Shown: piece by piece, positions 45,601-51,474 of the stretch
Layout: each line of letters starts with the position of its first letter
How positions within the stretch are numbered: position 1 is the stretch's first letter
Source: an uncultured Gammaproteobacteria bacterium
GTDB lineage: Bacteria > Patescibacteriota > Microgenomatia > UBA1406 > HO2-37-13b
Assembly: GCA_965230965.1 (NCBI GenBank)
Contig: OZ246401.1
Span: 666,937 to 730,936 of the forward strand
Reading direction: 5' to 3'
Length of the DNA: 64,000 nucleotides
Translations under genes and position numbers: made by a program
The notes under the pieces: model-generated
The model's database searches: none
What the model was told of the DNA's origin: nothing
The model's input: the letters and a program-made list of their open reading frames with translations, nothing else

Positions 45601-45679
45601 AAAGAACAACCATTGACACAATGGTTAAAAGTGAGGCTACTTCACCTCGTTGTCTTTGCGAACGCTCAAAATATCTCAT
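42674..45679 (-). CDS. vWA-domain surface protein with a TadE/G-like N-terminal hydrophobic segment and a C-terminal dockerin-like module (paralogue of 39503..42055)
   Basis: N-terminus RSQRQRGEVASLLTIVSMVVLSIGLLVG. vWA DYIFVIDTSSSM ... GTCIEDGL ... HVVFLTDGMPN. C-terminal DINGDGVINTIDLFLIYDNYF / DLNNDQIVNSLDVSIIVNSMG. Confidence 0.8.
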   Translation of the reverse strand: MRYFERSQRQRGEVASLLTIVSMVVLSIGLLVGYQINRNSATINPAPQAAGPTTTSPIPAEGVDRHDQVCFPGGDKNQQVRDKYCRTRMYPALLTRDIIKTADARAKQIFNQIFQGTEQSKQNPLIVAVTAKDQRTLQIYGGLCLNRSSVAGNGRLSTEDVEVYISLFGVRKFYDDKGQVGIEENDINDVLRYKIAAAEDKAASNNTDELFVARARDEVCTFTNGKVDATDYRKTDNPLLFNIQAAKASIKSAIERAKQDPTIHQKFDEEACEVYIHLRDNITAGDKAKPKDTYNIFKINLRDVLGEDEAKDLCNPNVTPTPTTGQGGSPTPSVPVTVTPLVSPTPTGPLSGTPSVTPPVAQCYQRCTPITKCDVDPATGKRMLCLNVDGFNILPPTFPTTAKNTDGANNVLSICQNGDVDCLCLPQRCQANPGSCESPDLACPNVKVSPTPTNPLVSITPAKTVTPPPPTITTTTGTPQACSFDALAYVQECLEIDATGQCKRAGNGRFQAKAIQANVLNGWGASNNKQIAGGRYGTNPATPFQYQTNTFVGAFDGLKVRFPYLSTLQFSEMSFLDYQASVPIPAGKNPLEPGSAADLTPEGRAKNPILIAPVHQYPNEQYFNRENASVRLYANFGNKEYRVVPDGNEIAYCNNALMGTAIGACNLASFQSSRFDNTVDPASRDPRDTIDGLTVGCGQNIVYGWTLQKCNTAPADYIFVIDTSSSMTTGKDASGQLKIDAAKKALRTFLTNIKTYGKDSRAALVQFSSTANTATVQDLTTNIDSVLGAVDTKLRYQSGTCIEDGLRETISLLKRNGTARKTHVVFLTDGMPNCPEGNPNPGSEDVIIKLGTEIKAIPNTTVYGIGVGDPTKTGVNADAEILRVIQHFTSTPDLAFSTTSEVSIEEIYNSIEVSLNSCARSDALYANFVSSQDINGDGVINTIDLFLIYDNYFARGQDVPEDLNNDQIVNSLDVSIIVNSMGKVVPQENNTAQKVIGDVFN

Positions 45680-46251
45680 TATTTAACAGTAATAGTTACG
45701 GGTTCCGTCATACCTAACGTATTGACACCGTTTGTTGCTGTGATGGTAAGATCTTTATCAAAATTTAATGCCGCTGAACCAACACCCACACCTTTAAGCG
45801 TGAAGGAAAAAAGGGTTCCAGTTTTAACATCCGCTGGATTATTTGGATCTACAGCTGCAGAAACAATAACTTGGTTGTTAACTACCTCGCTACGAAGAAT
45901 GTCAGGAAAGACATCACCATTTGTAATGTCAGAGATAGCAACAAGTTTTGGATCAAATGTTATGACAACATCAACTGCTTGGGCACCTGTATCGTTCACA
46001 TTAACGCTAACTTTTGTTGCAGCTCCTTTTGCGATTGATGGTGATTCAGGAACAATGCTCAGCTGTGACATGCCTTTATTCGTATCCTTTATCACATCAC
46101 TTGGGGCTTTACGGAGCCCACTTTGACCAGCAAAATAAAGACCCGCACCAATGCTTAATGCAAAAATGACAGCAATAATCGAAAGGGCTTTGAGTTTTTT
46201 TTGAGGGTGAAGCGTATGAAATTCTTGAATATCATCCTGTACATTGTCCAT
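45679..46251 (-). CDS. membrane-anchored cohesin-like domain protein (paralogue of 42077..42622)
   Basis: TM helix ALSIIAVIFALSIGAGLYF, then [58 protein letters not shown]. The first base of its stop codon (45679) is also the A of the downstream gene's ATG. Confidence 0.65.
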   Translation of the reverse strand: MDNVQDDIQEFHTLHPQKKLKALSIIAVIFALSIGAGLYFAGQSGLRKAPSDVIKDTNKGMSQLSIVPESPSIAKGAATKVSVNVNDTGAQAVDVVITFDPKLVAISDITNGDVFPDILRSEVVNNQVIVSAAVDPNNPADVKTGTLFSFTLKGVGVGSAALNFDKDLTITATNGVNTLGMTEPVTITVK

Positions 46252-46257
46252 CCCATC

Positions 46258-46287
46258 ATTCTACGGCCTGGGAAAATGCTTTGTCAA
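46258..46287 (-). promoter_or_regulatory. promoter TTGACA-18-TAGAAT, with the -10 box 6 nt upstream of the ATG at 46251
   Basis: Minus strand reads cccTTGACAaagcattttcccaggccgTAGAATgatgggATG. Confidence 0.55.
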
Positions 46288-46320
46288 GGGTTTTTTTGAA
46301 CAATTTTACAAGTCCGGGGC

Positions 46321-46857
46321 TCAGTATTCAGGAAATTCATTGAGATCATTAAGTAATACGCAGCCATCCTGATTTATATCAAGTGCGGGATTATAGTCTG
46401 TATCACCTTTGCATGCACCATACACATCGTTTGAATAGGCTGAAGCATCTATACCAAATGTTTTACTTAATGGGCTCGCAGGTACAAAAACCTCAATAGG
46501 TTCCTGATCACCACTATATATATAACAATAATAAGGTGTATTGGCATTCAGGGTCACATTAAATTTTTGTGTATTAATAAGGTGTTGTGTGGAAGGCTCG
46601 CCGTCTTCGCCGGCGAAAAATTTAACACCTGTGCGCGATAGCGCACATTGAAGACTTGTTGCGACAGATGTTGATGTTTGATAGGTAATTTCTGCAGCAA
46701 CATTTGAGATACGCACGGCTTTTGCATTCAGAATTTCTGTATTACCTGATGCCTTTGAACGTAATTGAGTTGTGTAATATACACCGCCAAAAATGAGCGG
46801 CAATAAAATCAGGGATGCAATGATCAAAAGCGTGCGTGGATTCATATTGTGCATCAT
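46321..46857 (-). CDS. membrane-anchored beta-rich protein with a single dockerin/EF-hand-like Ca-loop
   Basis: N-terminal TM. FN3-like segment ...HLINTQKFNVTLNANTPYYCYIYSGDQEPIEVFVPAS. C-terminal DINQDGCVLLNDLNEF. Confidence 0.55.
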   Translation of the reverse strand: MMHNMNPRTLLIIASLILLPLIFGGVYYTTQLRSKASGNTEILNAKAVRISNVAAEITYQTSTSVATSLQCALSRTGVKFFAGEDGEPSTQHLINTQKFNVTLNANTPYYCYIYSGDQEPIEVFVPASPLSKTFGIDASAYSNDVYGACKGDTDYNPALDINQDGCVLLNDLNEFPEY

Positions 46858-47648
46858 AGCAAAATCTTTATCAAAATGCTTAATAACGTTAGGCCAACTC
46901 CTATTGCGATTGCCAACGTTGTTGGCTCAATATTGCCCGTCTCAGGAAGTGTTGAAGGGGTGGGGCCTGTCGTGGGGGTGGGGGAAATAGCAAGAGTCGG
47001 CGTCAGGCTTATTGCTAATGTTGGAGTCGCCGACGCAATTTTTGGTGTCACCGAAGGTGTTAGAGATTTACTCAGTGTAGGTTTTGGGGTGCCGCTCAAT
47101 CCTGATGTTGGCGCAGGATTGCTGCCTGTACCGCTCACCGTTATTTTTGTGCTTGTGGCTTTGCTACAATCTATTATGTCAGTTACGCGCTGATTTCTTT
47201 TGAGCGTTATGTTTGAGTCAGTAGTTTTTCCGTCTTCGCATTGCACACTTGCCAATGTTTCGCCATCGGCTATGCCCTGAAATACTATTGTCGCGATCAA
47301 TCCATCGCCCGATTGCGGTGTTCCTTGAGGAAGAATTGCAGACCCCACAAAAACTTTATTGGCCTTATTATTCAAGAAAAAGCGGGGAAAGAATTTTTCA
47401 CTTTGTTCAGGTTCTTTTACTTCTACCACTTTTAATTTTGCAGGATCATATACAACAATAGCATCAGTCGTTGTTGGTTTTTCACCTTCAGTATTAATAC
47501 GAATATTAACCTCAAGTTTTGTATTGTCTGTCACAGAGCCCGAAGTTGGATCGAGATAGATGTACGCGGCGTTAATAGATGTTGCACTAAAAAGAAAAAT
47601 AACCAAGCAAAAAGCTAATGCATATACAAATAATTTATATGACCCCAT
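46854..47648 (-). CDS. sortase-anchored cohesin-like scaffold protein (LPETG)
   Basis: Signal peptide. Cohesin-like IYLDPTSGSVTDNTKLEVNIRINTEGEKPTTTDAIVVYDPAKLKVVEV..GLIATIVFQGIADG. PT linker. LPETG at 46935..46949 followed by a hydrophobic helix and a K-containing tail. ATG at 47648 preferred over the TTG at 47666. Confidence 0.75.
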   Translation of the reverse strand: MGSYKLFVYALAFCLVIFLFSATSINAAYIYLDPTSGSVTDNTKLEVNIRINTEGEKPTTTDAIVVYDPAKLKVVEVKEPEQSEKFFPRFFLNNKANKVFVGSAILPQGTPQSGDGLIATIVFQGIADGETLASVQCEDGKTTDSNITLKRNQRVTDIIDCSKATSTKITVSGTGSNPAPTSGLSGTPKPTLSKSLTPSVTPKIASATPTLAISLTPTLAISPTPTTGPTPSTLPETGNIEPTTLAIAIGVGLTLLSILIKILL

Positions 47649-47655
47649 ATGTAGG

Positions 47656-47684
47656 ATGGTACACAATAGGTAGAGAATTCACAA
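47656..47684 (-). promoter_or_regulatory. promoter TTGTGA-17-TACCAT, with the -10 box 7 nt upstream of the ATG at 47648
   Basis: Minus strand reads aTTGTGAattctctacctattgtgTACCATcctacatATG. It is back-to-back with the plus-strand promoter at 47691. Confidence 0.4.
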
Positions 47685-47690
47685 TAGTTC

Positions 47691-47719
47691 TTGACAATGA
47701 TTTTGAAACTATCTATAGT
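47691..47719 (+). promoter_or_regulatory. promoter TTGACA-17-TATAGT upstream of the glutaredoxin-like gene
   Basis: cTTGACAatgattttgaaactatcTATAGTtgattatagatATG (ATG at 47731). Confidence 0.55.
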
Positions 47720-47730
47720 TGATTATAGAT

Positions 47731-48420
47731 ATGAAGATTACTGTTTATACTATTACTGACTGCCCGTTTTGCAAACAAGAAAAGGAATTTCTTACGGCCC
47801 AAGGCCTTCAGTTTGAGGAAAAGAATGTTCAAGAAAATCGACAGTTTTTAACAGAAATGCTTGATGTCTCGGATAAGTTTGCAGGTGTTCCTTTTACTTT
47901 GGTAGAGAAGGATAGTGGAGAAAAAATTGGACTTAAAGGATTCACGCAAAGTGAGTTTGAAGCAGCACTTGGTTTATCTGCGGCCGCTCCTGCAGCCCCA
48001 GCCGCTATGTCAGCTGCTCCTGTCGATATGCCAGCTGCTCCAGCACCCTCTGTTGCTGATCCAATGCCAGCACCAGCACCAGCTGACCCAATGACGGTCG
48101 TGCCTGCGGCTCCAGTAGATATGCCTACAACATCAACTACCACATCTATGCCAGATGCGGCACCAAATATGCCTTCAATGCCAGGGATTGACGAAGCCCC
48201 AGCTGCTCCTGCTCCAGTAACAGCAGCCCCCAATATGCCATCTGCAGCACCAGTAGAACCAGCACCAGCAAATCCACAGAATCAACTCGATGGTCTCTTG
48301 GCTGATCTTCAAACAAAAGCACAGCCAGATCTTCCAGATTTTACTGCTCCTTCTGGTCCAACTGTTCCAGCGGCGCCAGTTAATACAGCTGCTGATCCAA
48401 TGACAGCGCCTCAACAATAA
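47731..48420 (+). CDS. glutaredoxin/NrdH-like redoxin fused to a long Pro/Ala-rich tail
   Basis: MKITVYTITDCPFCKQEKEFLTAQGLQFEEKNV (CPFC active site), then ~140 aa of AAPAAPAAMSAAPVDMPAAPAP...AAPVDMP...APNMPS repeats. Confidence 0.75.
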   Translation: MKITVYTITDCPFCKQEKEFLTAQGLQFEEKNVQENRQFLTEMLDVSDKFAGVPFTLVEKDSGEKIGLKGFTQSEFEAALGLSAAAPAAPAAMSAAPVDMPAAPAPSVADPMPAPAPADPMTVVPAAPVDMPTTSTTTSMPDAAPNMPSMPGIDEAPAAPAPVTAAPNMPSAAPVEPAPANPQNQLDGLLADLQTKAQPDLPDFTAPSGPTVPAAPVNTAADPMTAPQQ

Positions 48421-48427
48421 GCTACGC

Positions 48428-48457
48428 TTGACAGTACTTATTTACTCCTGATATATT
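48428..48457 (+). promoter_or_regulatory. promoter TTGACA-18-TATATT, with the -10 box 6 nt upstream of the ATG at 48464
   Basis: cTTGACAgtacttatttactcctgaTATATTcaatgtATG. Confidence 0.5.
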
Positions 48458-48463
48458 CAATGT

Positions 48464-48781
48464 ATGCACAATGATGATGCACAAGATGGTTTAGTTCACG
48501 ATTTACAGAAAAAACTCCTTAATGACCTCATTGCTGCGGTAGAAGCGGGTGAAATGACCATGTCAGAGATGCGCGACGCTGCAAAATTTATCCTTGAAAA
48601 AACTCGATCGATAACAGAGGCAGATGTTCCTGCATTTCTCAAAGAGCTTAGTGAAAAATGGACTGCGTTTAAGAACACAGAGGTTGTTGAAGGTGGGAAG
48701 GCAGTAGAAGATAAAGAAAAAGAGGTTATTGATAAATTGTCCGAGTACATTAAAACTATGGACACAGATACTACAAACTAA
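48464..48781 (+). CDS. hypothetical small acidic helical protein
   Basis: 105-aa ORF directly downstream of a consensus promoter. No recognisable motif. Confidence 0.5.
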   Translation: MHNDDAQDGLVHDLQKKLLNDLIAAVEAGEMTMSEMRDAAKFILEKTRSITEADVPAFLKELSEKWTAFKNTEVVEGGKAVEDKEKEVIDKLSEYIKTMDTDTTN

Positions 48782-48784
48782 CTT

Positions 48785-50893
48785 ATGGCAGAACCAGACA
48801 CATTACGTACAGTAGCACAAGAGGCGGTAGCAAGAGTCGAGGGCGCTCCAGCGCCGAAAGATCGCACAAATCATGGAAAACAAGTAGCAGCAGCTTTAAG
48901 GGCTGAGGCAGATAGAGATGTTTTTACAACACTCCAAATCGCTGCAGGCGAGCAAGTGAGTCCAGCGATACTTCAAGCTAATATTAATGTAGCGATCGGC
49001 ATTATTGATAAAGATGGCAAAGTGGAAAGATCTGCTCCACCATATTCTGTACGTTATGCCCGTGCTGGAGAAGCAGTAGAGAACATAAAAGCATATTTTG
49101 ATGATAAGCTAACTTTTGAGGCTTTTGCTTCGTCCTCGGAAGGTACGCGGATTATCGATAATACAGGTAGTTTTTTGATGAGGCATCCAGCTTTATCGGA
49201 ATATTTTGCAAATATCAAAGATCCAGCAAGGCGTGTCGATGCTGCGAAAGCACTTGCAAGGCAATATCTTCAAAATCCATTTGCACGAGAAAAGATTCGT
49301 GAGGCAGTAACCGGCTCCCAATTAAATAAAGGAGACGTTGCTGATGAGTATTCTGAAGCTGCAAGAAAGAGAGATGCACTCGCTGTTAAAGCTACTGCAT
49401 TAGAAGCAAAGATCAAAAAGCTCGAAGGTGATTCTACAACGAAAGGTGAGATAGATACAATGGGTGATCGAAGGCGGGAATTTGATCGTATTTCAAATCC
49501 AGGTAGTGGAACTCCGAAACCTGGAAAAGAATTTGGTCTCATTCAAACGCGCTTAGGAGAAATAGCTGGACTAAACACTGATATTGCAGCAATAAATTCC
49601 GATTTGCAAAAATTACAGCAGCAAGAGACCAATTTGCAGAGTGAACGACGAAGAATGCAAAAAATGGTTGATGATGGTAAAGTGCCAACCAGAGACCCTG
49701 CAGTCATTGATGGCGAGATAGCCACAAAGCAAGGCGATATTGCAGGAAAGCTAAAAGATAAAAGTTCCAAGGAAGGTGAGAAGGCTACAAAAGAAGCCGA
49801 GATTAAAGCTATTGAGGAAGATAGAAGGCAGTTAGACGAAAAAATTAATCAAAAAATCGAGGAATTAAAGGTATTAAAAGGTGAGTTGAGTGGTATTAAG
49901 AATGAACATGGAGAGATAGTTGTTAAGTTGGCAAGGCTAGAAGCAGGTAAAGGTCGTAGTGAAGAACTTGCAGTTGCAGAGCTTGAAAATGTATTTAAGA
50001 AGGGTATTGAGCAGGAACTTATATCTCGTCTTGAGCGTGCAAAAGAGGCTGCTGATAAGGCGCTTCAAGAATCTGCAGATAAGGCAAAAGATGTTGACGA
50101 AAAGCAGTATAAGGAATTGCGAGCAAAGCGACATAAGGATGCGAATGGTAAAGTTGATGGCGCATCGATCAACAAGGACTTTGATGCCATGATGAAAAAT
50201 AGTACTGAATACCATATCGTTCAAGACCCAGCAAACCCGAATAAAGTTATTATCACTGAAATGCCAGCGGGAGGTTGGGCTACTCCACCAGCAGGGAATG
50301 AAGTATTTTATCTAACCGGTCCCGAGTTTTCTATGTTACAGATGATGAATGATACCAGTGAATTTGGCGGAAAATTTATGTTAGGTAAGCTGAAAGATGC
50401 CGAATGGATGCAGTCAGAGTCACAAGATTTTCTTGCACAAACGCTTCAAGATAAAATGTATGCAAGCCGCAGTTGGCTACAACGAAGAAACAATGGTGTT
50501 AAGAAGCTTAGTTCTGCTGAAATAACAAAGATCCAAAACAGTACCTGGGGAGTCGGCATGCTTGAACGCGCACTTGAACAAAATAAAGCACATATCGAAG
50601 AGTTAGAAAGGGTCATGAATGGTGGGTCTTTGAAAGGTGAAGTCTTACGAGGCCCAGGAACATGGAAAGAAAAGATTGGTCGTATGAATAAGGCACAACT
50701 CGCACTTCTTATTTTAGCCTTAACAGCCGGTGGTATAATGCTCGGTCCAGTAGCGTATGGATTAGGAACGGGAGCGGCTGAGTTCTTAGCTACGCCAGCA
50801 GCAGCAGCTGCCATTACAACAGCCAAGGTTGGAGGCGGTTTAGCCGGAGCAGGTTTAGGAGCAGCAGCAGTCAGATCAAGAAAGACGTATTAA
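48785..50893 (+). CDS. hypothetical coiled-coil protein with a C-terminal hydrophobic anchor
   Basis: 702 aa, with long Lys/Glu heptad-like stretches at about aa 190-430. The C-terminus has LALLILALTAGGIMLGPVAYGLGTGAAEF and AGLGAAAV. Confidence 0.6.
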   Translation: MAEPDTLRTVAQEAVARVEGAPAPKDRTNHGKQVAAALRAEADRDVFTTLQIAAGEQVSPAILQANINVAIGIIDKDGKVERSAPPYSVRYARAGEAVENIKAYFDDKLTFEAFASSSEGTRIIDNTGSFLMRHPALSEYFANIKDPARRVDAAKALARQYLQNPFAREKIREAVTGSQLNKGDVADEYSEAARKRDALAVKATALEAKIKKLEGDSTTKGEIDTMGDRRREFDRISNPGSGTPKPGKEFGLIQTRLGEIAGLNTDIAAINSDLQKLQQQETNLQSERRRMQKMVDDGKVPTRDPAVIDGEIATKQGDIAGKLKDKSSKEGEKATKEAEIKAIEEDRRQLDEKINQKIEELKVLKGELSGIKNEHGEIVVKLARLEAGKGRSEELAVAELENVFKKGIEQELISRLERAKEAADKALQESADKAKDVDEKQYKELRAKRHKDANGKVDGASINKDFDAMMKNSTEYHIVQDPANPNKVIITEMPAGGWATPPAGNEVFYLTGPEFSMLQMMNDTSEFGGKFMLGKLKDAEWMQSESQDFLAQTLQDKMYASRSWLQRRNNGVKKLSSAEITKIQNSTWGVGMLERALEQNKAHIEELERVMNGGSLKGEVLRGPGTWKEKIGRMNKAQLALLILALTAGGIMLGPVAYGLGTGAAEFLATPAAAAAITTAKVGGGLAGAGLGAAAVRSRKTY

Positions 50894-51154
50894 TTAAGCT
50901 ACTTCAACGTCTACACCAAGCATACGAAGCACCACTTCTTTTCTGTAGCGTCGATCACCACGAGAATTTATACGAATTGCCGGAAGCTTTCCACGTTTAC
51001 CCCAACGTTTTATTGTAAGTGGAGATACGCGGAGAATGTCTGCGACTTCACGAATAGTGAGAAGATCTGGTAAGTCTTCAAGTGATAGCTTTTTAGCACT
51101 TGTGCCTTCGATTGACATAGACGGTATTATAAACGAGCTGTTATATCCTGTCAA
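50894..51154 (-). CDS. helix-turn-helix DNA-binding protein (excisionase/MerR-type HTH)
   Basis: LLTIREVADILRVSPLTIKRWGKRGKLPAIRINSRGDRRYRKEVV. Confidence 0.65.
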   Translation of the reverse strand: MTGYNSSFIIPSMSIEGTSAKKLSLEDLPDLLTIREVADILRVSPLTIKRWGKRGKLPAIRINSRGDRRYRKEVVLRMLGVDVEVA

Positions 51155-51175
51155 TAGACTGGATTGTTACATCGC

Positions 51176-51472
51176 TTAAATTACCTTGAGGGCTTTGAAA
51201 AAGACGAATGTGACAGCGTAAAACAAAAGCACCTGAAATAGGGGGAGGAACATGGTCAAAAGGATTGTCACAATAGCGTGAAGGAAAAAAGCTTCATTAT
51301 GAATAGAGGGAAGGAGACCTTTCAATATAAGGAAGATTACGGCAAGAGTAAGGAGGGATTGCGGTTCGAAGAAGAGAAGTTGGATATTAAAGTAGAGAGC
51401 CGCGGCCAATAGAATAATGGCAAGTATTAAAAATAACTCCTTTGTATCAAAAAAGAACGGACCAATTCTCAT
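51176..51472 (-). CDS. small membrane protein (hypothetical)
   Basis: 98 aa with three hydrophobic helices. Lies between the S8 protease and the HTH gene on the same strand. Confidence 0.5.
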   Translation of the reverse strand: MRIGPFFFDTKELFLILAIILLAAALYFNIQLLFFEPQSLLTLAVIFLILKGLLPSIHNEAFFLHAIVTILLTMFLPLFQVLLFYAVTFVFFKALKVI

Positions 51473-51474
51473 GC

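Noticed and set aside
47829-48233. ORFs antisense to low-complexity coding runs: 47829..48233 and 48175..48417 (Pro/Ala tail of the redoxin), 15206..15532 (poly-Pro, antisense of the poly-Gly tail of DUF2207), 57018..57374 and 58882..59292.
   Set aside because: These are artefacts of repetitive GC-rich codons that lack stops on the opposite strand.
50894-51154. Excisionase-type HTH as evidence of a prophage or integrative element.
   Set aside because: There is no integrase, recombinase, phage structural gene or att-like repeat nearby. The gene sits in an operon with a protease and membrane protein, so it is more likely a plain regulator.
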